DNA of 64,000 nucleotides from Yuukianura sp. NJ FZ-2021 (lineage: Eukaryota). Both the position numbers and the translations under genes were made by a program. Every line of letters begins with the position of its first letter. Within the stretch, counting starts at the first letter, position 1. Under the pieces are notes generated by a model, which ran no database searches, was not told the origin of the DNA, and saw only the letters and a list, made by a program, of their open reading frames with translations. The stretch spans positions 7,130,001 through 7,194,000 of the forward strand of contig CM102287.1 in NCBI GenBank assembly GCA_046563655.1, given 5' to 3'. This document shows positions 49,830 through 62,166 of the stretch, piece after piece.

Positions 49830-52800
49830 ATGGGGTTGCTTTCTAGTCGCAGCGATTTTGCTGGCGACATGCACAGTTCAATTAAGTTCGACGTAAATGA
49901 CGGGCTTAGTGAAAGCTACCATTCAGAAATTCCCGCCGAAATGCACGACCCATCTGCACGTCACCACGCTCTCCATAGCAATGAACTTGATCCTGGCTTC
50001 ATTCTTCCCTTTGAAAATGACACTTCGATGGAGGAATTTCGTGACGAATGGATCTGTCTTCATTTGGAGGATCCACATCCAGCTTCCGCCAAACCGTATG
50101 GAGTGGATGGAGCTCAAATTGAAGATCATGATGAGAGTTTCTTCGTAGAAGGTGGTGGTGGTTTGAATTTGAATTTGAGCGGAACTTCGTCTAATGGAAG
50201 TGGGCTAAAGTGCAATCGCTCCTGGGATGGCATTCTTTGTTGGCCGGAAACGGCGGAGGGATCAGCTGCAACGCTATCCTGTTTTTCACATCTCAATGGT
50301 ATTCAGTACGATACTTCACGTAAGTTCATCCATTCTACTTTCCTTTGATGTTCGGGTATTTGAAATCCAATGAATGAAAACCTCACAATAACTCAAACAT
50401 TCAATTTCCGAAGATATCAAAGCGTTTTATCGGAAACCGCAAATAATCGCGCTAAAATTTTAACAAAGACACAATTCTACAAATCGTTGTGCATATTTTG
50501 TGAAATTATTGAAGTAATAAGCCGTTGGCACTACTGGGGTATACGAAAGTAGCGAAAAATGTAATGAGGTTTGAAATGACGAATTTACATTGCACTGTAA
50601 AGCTAGCTGTAAAAATTTGAAACGCGGACAGACAGACATGATATATACATAAAATAGATTTCTGTAATTATTAAACAATACGCAATAAGCTTTCTAGTTT
50701 CTGCGAAAACAGTGACAAATTATTCGTCCAATTTCGATTTGCTCAAAAAATAGTTACGACGGCGGTGTTGAAATGACTAATGTTTCAGGTTTGCGAAAGT
50801 GTTACATTTGTTACTTTGTGAGACTCAGAAACTTCTAGAAACCTTGAGACAGCTAAAAGGAAGGGAAGAAAGTTGAAACTTTCTTCTTGACGTAGAAAGT
50901 AAAACTTTTTTTTTCATTGGCGTGTCGAGTAAAGAAAGTTGTCCAAAATGTGCAACATGAACATGAGTCAGTTTTCTCATCATTCCTTTGATACACCAAA
51001 TGGATCCACTCCATTCCTACTTCAAATTGATTTTAATTCTACTTTTTCTGAAACTAATTCCTACAAAAGTGAAATTGGAAAAGCGGATCCTTTTACCAAT
51101 TTAACATGACACGTCCATTCAATAGGAGCAATTGGAACTCTTTTCTTTTCCTTTGATTTGCCAAGATTAAATGAAAGTGATTTTCTTATCGAGTTTTTAA
51201 GTTGCTCTTTAGTTGAATACTGCATAATTACATTAATTATAAGTTAATTATTAGAGCAAAAGCTTGGTAGCCTAGTTCTTGTTTTAAATGGAATGCAGAA
51301 GTTCTGCATCACAGTTTTTTCCACAATTTTTCTCAGTTCTTATAAAAAGATGAATTTTAGAATTTTTGAATTTTGTTTAGTTTGAATCATCGTCGTTCAA
51401 AAATTTCTTGCTGCAAAAAGTATCGAACATTTTCGCAACAGTTTTCAAATTCTTTATTTTCTGCTAAAATTCTTATGTGGGGCTAAGACATCAAGGTTAG
51501 GGTTAATCAAGTACAAGTGAAAATGTCAGAGGTCAAAGTTCAATTACTCCACTGGCTAACTTTTAATGCACTTGTAGCCTCAACAAAACAATGAAACTAT
51601 TTTTTTGGTATTGCAGGAACCGTATCCCGGATTTGTGAAGAAGGTGGTAACTGGCAGAACATTACGAACTACTCCAGTTGTGTTCCCTTGACAGGGACAC
51701 AAGTACCAGACGAAGGGCTGGGAGTGACCATCCATGTCTACTTCTTCGGCTACTGTCTGTCTCTAACTGCGCTGATCATTGCCATGGTCATCTTCTTGTC
51801 CTTCAAGTAAGCCCATTCACTCTGTTCTTATTACATTGACCTCATACAAGTGCAAACAAAAACAGTTTCCAAAGTGCAAAAACTTTGGAGTGGTTGACCT
51901 CGTTGTGATTAGCTGGACTTTTGTGTATGAAGTTCTAAAGTCCACTCTGCTGGAACTGAATTCAACAAAAAATTAAGTTTGCTTTAGCCAATTTTATGGT
52001 TAACTCATCAACAGCGTCATTTTAATTAATAGCTTGCGCAATGCGAGTTATTTTCCGTCTTGACCATGAGTGAGAGTTGCAGTAAACAGGTCAGGGACTA
52101 GATTACGAATTTCAATTATTAATTAATCAACAGTATTATTATTATTGTTTTTTAATAATACTGTTCCGTTTTTCTACACCGAAAAAGAGATGATAGAATC
52201 CTTATATTTATAGTTTCAAAGTTTATTTACATGTTTCTCCGTCATTTGACGTCAAATGGTATGATCCAAAAAATATGAAAGTCATATGACCTGGAACAAA
52301 TTTACGCACTTAAATTTTAGTGTTAAAAGCTGCCACGCCTCCAAACGCTCGAATAGATTGGTACTAGCTAGACTTGAGTAGATTAATTTAAACAAACGTT
52401 AAGCTTTTATGTTACTCATAAAATGACAAGCGTCATTTACTTCTCAAGTGCTTAGTTTAAGTAGCGATTGCCCAGAAAAATCTATTTGAGCTCAATGGAG
52501 TATCGTTTTACGACAAAAGTAATGTAGCGTCATTTTGGAAATTTGAACTTTGGAAAAATTGATATGCTTTTGGAGAGGGCAAGTCCGGGATGCAGGAAAA
52601 TGCAAAGTCTGCACTAGAGGTCACGCCTCTTATTTGGTTTTCAGATGCCACAGAATACTTCAGCTTTTTGCAGTTATTTATCAGTAAACGTCAAAGATCA
52701 AATTGAAATGCTGAATTTAAGTTAATAGAAAACTCTTGGTGTTGACGTATTTTGGAAATTGACAACGCTAATCCTTTTATCCTCTGGGAATTTTCTGAAA

Positions 52801-55800
52801 ATGGGACCAAAAAGTTAGTTGGAAATTAAAAATGTCTGGTTTTCAATTTTGAAAAGGTTGCTGCATAATGCGGAAAATGACGAAAATGTTAAAGGTCACT
52901 TTTAATTGTGCCGTAAATCCTATTTAATTGTAATCTCGTGGTTCGTGCAACCTTGAAATTGCACTAACCTTCATTGAACAACAATTGAATTGTTAGTACT
53001 TTAATTTATACAATGCACAGGAATTATAATAGAAATGCCAATAATTTACAACAAAGCATCTTCCACAACGCGCTAGTCATTTTTCAATTCATCTTTCATC
53101 TATTTACCTGCATTCCCGTTGCCCTCGCCTCAAGTTCATGGGAAACGCGAACCTTTTTTCTCAAGGTTTGCAACAATGCCAACGACCAACTGACGACAAT
53201 ACAAAAAATATGCAAACAAAAAACGTTTGCATTTTGGTGAAAAAATTGTTTTCGCAATGAATCATTGTTTCGCAGGAAGGGGCTGATGTCCTATCCTGAG
53301 AATTGCAAATCCCAATTCGCAATTTAGCAATCCCTGAGGTCCTCTTGGGAAAGAGAACCACATCCAATCCAGTGTTGTTTAGTATGAAAACCACAAGGAT
53401 TTTGTGGCCAACAAGTCATGATGCATTGGCCAAATCATCAATCAACAAGCCAAAGTACACTATAGTGTATGTCCTTGCCCTATGTAGTTGCTAATATGGA
53501 TTTGGTCAAATGCTAAGGAATAAAACCCAATTTATCAGGAAATAAGTCCAGAGTTCACCTTCCAGAGCCAGACACTCGATTTCAACCGTACTAACCAGTA
53601 CATTCCGGTTGCAAAAACCTACCTAACCAAAAAGCAAGAGTTCACGGTATTTGCAACTATGTCACCAACCATAAATTTTATTCATGAGCCCCGTACTTAA
53701 GAAACCAAGCCCATGCTTACACTGCGGTCCAGAGTTCAAGATCATTTGACTCTCGTGGATCCAATGACTCCAGCGAATCTGGACATTTCCGGACGTTTGT
53801 CTCACTTAAACCAGTTCGCGGAAATGAGATTAGCACTGCTAATCTCATTTATAATTTAGCACACTGTCCCAGAAGGAAGTTGCAAGCATAGAGCTTTACG
53901 AGTTGCAAATGCAATAATATTTGGCTTCTTAGCATAATTTTGCAAGTTGTCTGTATTTGACTCATTGAAATTAACGCAGCTAAATGGGGAAACCATTTCC
54001 AGAATTAGTGTTTTAAACATTTATTACTGTTTACAAATGTAAGATCCTGTTCAAAGGTCAAAATTAACTTGCGTTTGAAGACCAACAGGATCTTCCGCCT
54101 TTTACGTATTGCACCTTTTATTAAGCGCCTATGCATAAGTGAGATGTTGTCAATTTCTTCAAAGCGATTACCGAGAATTTCTTCGTAAATTCTAGGTAAA
54201 AGAATTCTGAAATTCTTAGAAAAAATGACTGATAGTTACAGAATAATTTATGGAAGTTTTGAAATTCAATTGCAAGTTCTACGATTAAAAATGAAACAAC
54301 AATCGATGCTAGAGAATCATGAGTAACTCATAAAGTAAAAGCGTAGAATTCCAAAAAACGTAAAAGCTTAAATCCGTATTGAAATCGAGCGGAATAAAAC
54401 CGATGAATAAGATGAAGTTGATGTTTGAAACATGAAATCATTTGTTTATTTAAAGTTTAATTCAATTTCTGGTTAAAAACTAAAATTAAACTGTTTTTCA
54501 CCGTTAGGATTTTTCCACAAGTCGGTTTTCATTGGTTGTTGGCAGTTGACGCCTATTGTCTAGTGTACTAAAAGTCCGTAACGTCAATAACGTCATAAAT
54601 TGTAAAGAGTAAATTGAGTGACGAATGCAGTGTGTTCCCTTCCCACCCTCCTCGTGGAATTGAAATTGATATCCTATTCCTATTCCTGGGTCATGGAACA
54701 TTTCTGCGAATTTTTTGCACGTTTTTTATTTGCAAGTGGACTTTAGCACTGTGGTTAGGAAGTTTTACAACGTTACGTATTTTTTGCAGTGCAAAGTTTA
54801 CGTCATCCTTTTCCACCTCCACCACATCCACAATTCAGTGACAAATGAATTGGCATTTTCCCTCGCATTCTTATAAAGACTTCTCCCTCCACTTCCAAAG
54901 TCACTCTCACATTGTTGAGTAAACTCACAACTTCTACTTGTTTCAACGTAATTTCAACTTTGATTTAAACCTAACTTTCTTAATTTGAAGTTAGCTGAAG
55001 TGTGAACACAGTGTTCACAGCAATATTTTGTGATACGTTTCGACATTATTGTTGCATCAAGCAAATTTAAACCTCCAATTCTGAAAACTGCTCCAAAGCA
55101 AGTTTAAGGGGAGAAACCACCTGTTTCTTGTAACAATCCAACCATATAAAACTCACCTTACCAGGTTATTCACTACCTCAATCTTCATTCTTCAAGTCAA
55201 TTACCTTATTTCATCATCATGTCACTGCCAACGAAGTTCGTTCCGCTCATCCAGAAGGCTGGACCAAGATGGTGGCGCTGGCAAAACCGAACGCTGGTAC
55301 CGGAAGCAGCATCTTTCGGCACTGTAGCTACTTTTGGGGGAATTGGAGCAAGTATTCCCGATATTGATAGTCAAGGACGTCATGCTCCAAATCTTGACGG
55401 TGACGAAGTACAGAATGAGCAATGGGCACCGTTGAAACCTGAGGAATTGTAAGTTCTCATCTTAAGATTGAATCATAAGCACCTTACTAACAGATTCATA
55501 CAATCCACCCACGCTGAGACTTTTCGTTTGACTGATTTCGGTTTTTGTTTTTTCTACATTAGGTGGCAGCGACCAGTCTGTTCGGATTTAGCAACGAAAG
55601 ATCCATGGGCATCCTACTTTCTTCCGCAAAACGGTGGTTCTAGTTCGAGTAGTGCTGCTTTAATGTAAGTTGTTGAAAGAAAGTGAGACGTTAATCATGC
55701 CTAGGACCAAGGGCTGTCAGAAGGCTCTACTTACTATGTGGAATCATGACTAATGTTTCGTTTTCAATGATTCATGTAGGAACTCAGTACCTATGTTACC

Positions 55801-58161
55801 AGAACGGAAACTGGCATTAGCTCATCACTGACGTAACTGTTACTTCAGCGGCAATTCTGATGAAGCGGTCAGCCTAAGCAACTCAAATGCAGACTAAACA
55901 CTAAATTCTCCATGAGAATTGCCGTGATCCAGTATTATCTCATTCACTTCCCAGAAGACTCCACTTCTGCTGTGACTGAATCTCATTTTTTTTGTGATGC
56001 AAGCAAATAACTTGTGGAAAGTCAATGAAGTAACACAAGGACCAATGCTCAAGGCTCTCTTCATGGTTTATTTTTTTGTGCTCATTCACCTTTAATAACT
56101 TATTGTTCTTCCTGGTTTAACTTTACTTATTATTGTTGCTCTCTAATGTAAAAATGCTATAAAAGTTCTAGGTAAAAAAAAGTTCCTTGATTAAGTTAAG
56201 GCATGGGCGTTTTGATTCATAGATTGATGCTATAAATCAGAAACGCGGAAGACTTGTTGGTAATTAAATTGTTGCTTCAGAAGTTTGACCTTTGATCTTT
56301 TCTTTACCGAGGTAATTTGCAGTCAGTGCTAATTTCAATTAGTTTAGTTTGCATTTAAGTTGGACTTTAGACCATCACACGTCATTTTAGATTTAACTTA
56401 TTCCAGTTCATTTGGTGCTAACCGCAATTTATATGAATTTCCAGACCTTGTCTGTTTGAATTGCGGTTGACCTTTGGACCATGCAATGCCACATCTTCAT
56501 GGTAATCGTTCTGGAAAAAAATAATAACGTGGACCAATTCCCACAGGAACGCGTGGTTAGGTTAAGGTTAGGTTATGTTACGAGCAAAGCGTCACCACTC
56601 CATCACTGTCTGCACTTTGGTAGTACTTGGCAAAGTACTTTTTAGAAGTTATGATACCACAGGGGCTATTTGCTTGACCACATCCCCTCACTTTGTTAAG
56701 GTTTACTTATGGCCCTTTAGCTTCAACTAATCAACCGAAAAAATTTTCCCGGCCGATTACTTCTCTGGCGTAGTTGGCTCTCCTTAGTGTCACTTTTGGG
56801 TAATGGATGATTGTGGAGGGTTATGGCCAAGAGCTTTCTCTTTCGGTACGGAAACGGATCCAGATCCAGGATTTTTGGTGAATTGATTCTCTTAAAAGCA
56901 TCAGTTTTCTTAAGGAGTGACCCTACGGGAGGTTACATGACATTTGATAACAAAATGTTGGCAGCCGCTGATTTCTGGAGGATGCTGCTGGAATCTGTGT
57001 TCCAGAGTGGACGCATTCCACCAGGGGTTGCACTCCATTGCTCAGAATGAATTGTTCCGAAGTTGATTGCTCCGAATGAGTTACTTTTCCACTTACTCCG
57101 AAAAGAATTACATCGCTCCTAAAGTATGATTGCTCCGAAAATAGTCTTGAGTTACTTACTAAAAGTGTAATTGTAAGTACCTAATATAACGCGTAACTTA
57201 ACCAATTATAATAATATCATGATTGTTTAAGTCTAAACCAAATCTAACCTTATGATTTATAACCGAAACTACTGAACACTAAGCACATTAATCTAAGTTT
57301 GAATTCGGAGCAACGTGTCTTTCGGAGCAATTAGTTTCGGGACAATTAATTCGGAGAAATAGCGTTCAACCTTCACGAGGCAGAATGTAATAGAATTACT
57401 CCCACTTCGGCTGGACTCAAGGAAAGCATGGCTGGAAATAATTATTTTCAATTGTTGTTTCCAGTTCTAAAAGTCACTGGACATAATCGGTTTAGTTTTT
57501 CTGCACGAGTAGTCATGAAGGAGTCACTCTGTCGCAAAGCTGTTGAACCAAAACAACGGAATTGTCAATTGAGTCTCTGCTTTACGATTTGTTACTGTTT
57601 CCTGTTCCTGTTCTAAATTCTAAAAGGATCTCTGATTTTCGCATTTTTTAAAAAGATTTTTATACACAATACTACGCATTTCGAATGCGATCACGATTCG
57701 CAATTTCCAAGGTCCACGAATTTGTTCTAAATTATATTCCACAAAACTCGAGTTTTTCAAGCGTTTTTAAAAAATAGCCAGAGGAGATGTGATGCAAACT
57801 GAATCGAAAGAAGGGTCGCATTCTTGACAATGAAAAAAAAATATGTTAAAAAGTTGTGGTTTTTAAATTTGCAGAGAGTTGCGATGTCTGCGAAACAAGA
57901 TCCACACAAATCTGATTGTAACGTACATTTTGGCTGGTACTCTATGGATCATCACCAACTTCACGACGGCAGCACAGGTGAAAGTCAATTAATTTTCTTC
58001 AATACAATTGTTTTTGAGTTATGAGATTTTTATGTTTTGTCTTTTTCCATTGTAGTCAATGTCTCAAAAAGGGAACAACGTTGGGAGTCGAGTCTCCTGT
58101 ATCACTTTCATCCTCCTCCACTACTTTCACCTCACTAACTTCTTCATGATGTTTGTCGAAG
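49830..58161 (+). CDS. Class B (secretin-family) GPCR, diuretic hormone 44/CRF receptor-like; 5' partial, continues beyond the window
   Basis: Exons 49830-50319, 51617-51806, 57875-57977, 58056-58161 splice in frame. Hormone-binding domain CNRSWDGILCWP...C...NGIQYDTS|RTVSRIC...GNW...NYSSC, TM1 GYCLSL, K|ELRCLRNKIHTNL and HYFHLTNFFMMFVEG. Confidence 0.92.
53822..53850. repeat. Perfect quasi-palindrome AAATGAGATTAGCA-C-TGCTAATCTCATTT in a GPCR intron
   Basis: 14-bp arms around a single C; shares its 17-nt core with 35023-35049. Confidence 0.9.
55219..55831 (+). CDS. Candidate nested small gene (~128 aa, 3 exons) or alternative first exons of the GPCR
   Basis: TTATAAAG at 54871 and TCACTC at 54901. 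Exons 55219-55448, 55563-55664 and 55780-55831 have GTAAGT donors, branch-point-like sites and AG acceptors, and all are in frame. No recognisable domain. Confidence 0.5.
57026..57371. mobile_element. Mutator/foldback-type MITE with subterminal TTGCTCCGAA repeats
   Basis: Imperfect 22-bp TIRs (GGTTGCACTCCATTGCTCAGAA / TTCGGAGAAATAGCGTTCAACC), about 5-6 direct and 4 inverted subterminal repeats, and a degenerate 9-bp TSD TCCACCAGG / TTCACGAGG. Confidence 0.75.
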
Positions 58162-58608
58162 GTAAGAAAAATAAACTGTCCAAAAACAAGAAAATTACCA
58201 CATAAAATCAGCCTTACATGTTGAGAAAAAGAAGGAAACGTAATAATAATACAACAAACGTGAAGAGTAATTTTTGTCTTTGTTGTTCCTATTAGGGTTT
58301 GGGTTTTGTTTCTTTCCTAAATGAAATAAGAAATATCTTTCGAAAAAACAGGAAGCTGTTTTGATCTTTGACAAAGAACTTTAAATTAGTAGATTTCTCT
58401 AAAAAAAATGTTTTGTCGTCCGATTTGTAAAGCACAATTGAATTCGATGATTCATTTCATTTCAAAGGCTAGATCATATTGCTTTAAAAGAAATGCTTTT
58501 TAGCTTCTTTTTTTTTTGGCTTTTGAAGCGAAACCAGACTGTAAACTATGATATTGTGAGGTGCATTTTTAAACAACATTTTTAAACAAAATTTTTAAAA
58601 CTCCTCTG

Positions 58609-61600
58609 GTCAACATACTCTATAGCCAAACATGAATTTTTTTTTCTCTCAGTTTTTTTTTTTTTACTGAGAGAAAACTTTGGTCGTTGTTTTTTTCTAC
58701 TCCTTTTCGTCGTTCGTTTTTGAGTGTTTTTCTCAGAAATATAAATAAAATTTTTTAAAACCACTTTCTACAATGCCTGTAATCAATGAGTTGAGAGCAC
58801 TTTATGGCGAATTTTGCGCAAAAAGGTTATACTAATCTCAAATCCATAATAAACATATTAACTAATAATTCACTTTTAAGCAAAACTTCATGTTTTTACA
58901 CAAAACTTTTAAAATGTTGCTCCAAAAAGTTAATAATAAGGTCAAGTCGAAAAATATAAATAAAGGCTTCACCTAACACCGAAAATTCGGCGTTTGCCGG
59001 AATTATTCATGCACACTCCTGCTAGCGTTCTAAAAAAAATGTTACAGGCCGAAGAAAGTATAGTAAAGGCAAGAGGATAAAACAAAAGTGTCAGCTCGTA
59101 ACATTATGTCGAATTTGCAAAAAATACGTTCCGCTCTCGGTTTAAACAAGTCGTCCCATGAACGTTCAGAATTAGCTTTAGAGCATTTTGGAATAGGGGA
59201 AACTAACGTTATAGCCGTGAAACCGCAAATGCAGAAAATCGCTCGAAGTGAAAATCGACAATTGCTTCACTATATTGAATACTGGAAGTATTTGCAGATT
59301 GGCAGATATTTCAAAATATGTCTATTTGAGCTTGTTCGCAACAAGTCCAAATGGGCAATGCTAGTATCTTCAGTCGAGAAACATCCAACGCTTGCGCTGG
59401 TTTGGGCCTGGTTACACCGCTTACCGTATTACGGTATAGCTGTAATTATATCGCTCCAAACATTTGCACAGCGAAGTGAAATGGTGAAGCTTACCATAGA
59501 TATGGCAGCCTATGTCATAATTGTCAACGGTATTTACAGCGACCTCATGTGGAATGAAAACAGAAACAGGGCTGCTGGTTTTATTAATCAGTTCCTCAAA
59601 GTTGATGAAATAGCTCGTAAGAATTTTATGCAAAACAATTCCTAAGCGAATAACTTTTGTAATTGGTACTATTTATAGGTAAACTGTTTGGGCATCTTTC
59701 GTATTGGAAGATCATCGAAGAACTTCTGTACATTTACATGCGAGCGTTCAGAATTTTGTTGACCTCGTTGTTAATTGAGTTGCCAATTGGGTTTGTGTTA
59801 ACTGTTGTCACAAATTTCTTTTTTGTTCAATACACTCGTGACCTGTTTTCATTTCTTGTGCAGAATGAATCTTTGGGAGCAATACTTGCAATTGCATTGT
59901 GGATCATCGGAGCACATATTTTGGTATACTGGGCTATATTTATATACTAACTACGATGTTAATTGTTCTGTCAATTCTGCGTTGGCTGAAGCCAGTTTGA
60001 TGAACACCAAGGTTATCCCAATCATACCAGTAATATTCGGTGTAACGGATATTGATATGACTCTACCTCCTTCCTACTTTCTACTCTTCAGTGTGTCATT
60101 TTTCAACTAGTGGTTATATTCGTGTTTTGAACGTTGATGCATTGATGCACATTCAAAAATTGTTCAAAGCTTACCTTCGTTATTTTCGAAATTTAGTTAC
60201 CAAGTAGCAGTTCTTTTAGAAAATCCTGTCGCTCAATTTATTTTTTTTTTATAAAGTTTCGTGATAATTTTACCATCTCGAGTGCAAGCTTGTGTATCCA
60301 CACTTTTTGTATACCGTGTAGTTCTAGAAACTACATTTCTACAAAACCTACACCCTAAAGATGTGCATTTTTTTTGGCAAATAATGAATTATATTAAAAA
60401 AAATAATAATAATAGCAGTATAATATTTGGAAATATACATCAAAAATGGTCCTCATAGGAAAATTGCCCGGTGTTACATATCTCCATTTCATCGGCCCCA
60501 TCGCTTATAGGGTTTTAGGCGCCATTACGAACGTAATGAATAGAGTAGTTTAAGACGCGGTTTGGTTTATGAAAGACCTTTTAACTTAAAAGTGCTTTCA
60601 AGGTATAGATTTTAGATTAGAAATACAGAAAAGCTATTGAATTTTTTAAACAGTTCCGTCCCTAGTCAACATACTCCATTATCAAACACAACTTTTTATA
60701 TAATTATACTTAAAAAATAAAGTTTTTGGAAAGGGGTTATGAAGCAGTTTGCTGTAAAATTAAGTATTTAAGAAAAAGAAAGGCTTTCAGTAGTTCAAGC
60801 TGGGAAGCATAAGAATCTAAAATGCAGAAAGAAATTTTAAAGCCACTCCTTTTCGTTGTCAGTTTTTGCGTGTTTTTCTCAGAAATATAAATATAACATA
60901 AATAAATTTTTAAAACCCATTTCTAAAATTCCTTACTGAATAAGTTATAAACACTTTATGGCGAATTTTGCGCGAGAAAGTATAATAATCTCAAATCAAT
61001 AAATATATTAAATAATAACTCACTTTTAAGCGAAAATCCAGGTTATTACAAAAAGTCTTTAAAATTTTGCTTCAGAAAGTTATTCATAAGCTCAAGCTGA
61101 AAAATATAAATAATGCTTCACCTCATTGCGAAAATTCGGGGTTTGCCAAACTTATTCAACGGTACTGCTCCTACTGTCGTTCTAGAAAAAAATTTTAGGA
61201 GCTGAAATAAGTAAGGGCAAAAGTGTAAATTTGTTACATTATGATGTCGAATTTGCAAAAAATACGCTCCGCTCTCGGTTCAAACAACTCGTCCAATGAA
61301 AATTCTGAACTAGCTTTAGAACATTTTGGAATAGGGGAAACCAACGTTATATCCGTGAAACCTCAAATGCAGAAAATCTGTAGTGGTGAAAATCGACAAT
61401 TGCTTCACTACTTTGAATACTGGAAGTATTTGCAGGTTGGAAGATATTTCAAAATATGTCTATTTGAGCTTGTCCGAGATAAGTCCAAATGGGGAATGGC
61501 AGTATCCTCAGTCGAGAAACATCCAATAGTGGCGCTGATTTGGGCCTGGTTACAACGCTTACCTTGTTACGGTATAGTCGTAATCATATCGCTCCAAACC

Positions 61601-62166
61601 TTTGCACACCGAAGTGAAATGGTGAAGCTTACCATAGATGTGGCAGCGTATGTCATAATTGTCAACGGTATGTACAGTGACATCATGTGGAATGCAAACA
61701 GAAACAGGGCTGCTGGTTTTGTTAATCAGTTCTTCAAAATTGACGAAATAGCTCGTAAGAATTTCATGAAAAAAAATTTCCGAAGTGGCTTTTTCTTTTC
61801 CGAAATTTCCGAAATAATGAATCCATTTTGTAATTTGGCACTATTTATAGGTAAACTGTTTGGACATCTTCCGTATTGGAAGAGCAATGAAGAAATTCTG
61901 CACTTTTACATGCGAGCATTCAGAATTATGTTTACGTCGCTGTTAATTCAGTTGCCAATTGGGTTTGTGTTAACTGTTGCCACCAATTTCTTTTTTGTTC
62001 AATACACTCGTGACCTGTTTTCATTTCTTGTGCAGAATGAATCTTTGGGAGCGATACTTGCAATGGCATTGTGGACCATTGGAGCACACATTTTGGTATA
62101 TTGGGCTATATTTAGTTTGCTAACTACGATGTTGATTACCACGACAATTCTACAGTGGTTAAAAGT
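58609..62166 (+). repeat. Tandem segmental duplication (~58609-59992 and ~60665-62166) covering the upstream region and 5' part of a chemoreceptor gene
   Basis: Shared GTCAACATACTC, GTGTTTTTCTCAGAAATATAAATA, CACTTTATGGCGAATTTTGCGC and near-identical coding sequence. Confidence 0.92.
59106..59992 (+). pseudogene. 3'-truncated, frameshifted copy of the 61241-62653 chemoreceptor, nested in a GPCR intron
   Basis: Near-identical to the downstream gene, with an intron at 59617-59678. A 1-nt deletion near 59944 gives TAA at 59948-59950, and homology ends at ~59992. Confidence 0.85.

Noticed and set aside
52130..52260. Small AT-rich inverted repeats (AACAGTATTATT/AATAATACTGTT; CATTTGACGTCAAATG)
   Set aside because: They are isolated, low-complexity or short, and have no second copy or covariation in the window.
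59643..59645. TAA as the inactivating mutation of the receptor copy
   Set aside because: It falls inside the intron 59617-59678. The real lesions are the frameshift near 59944 and the 3' truncation.
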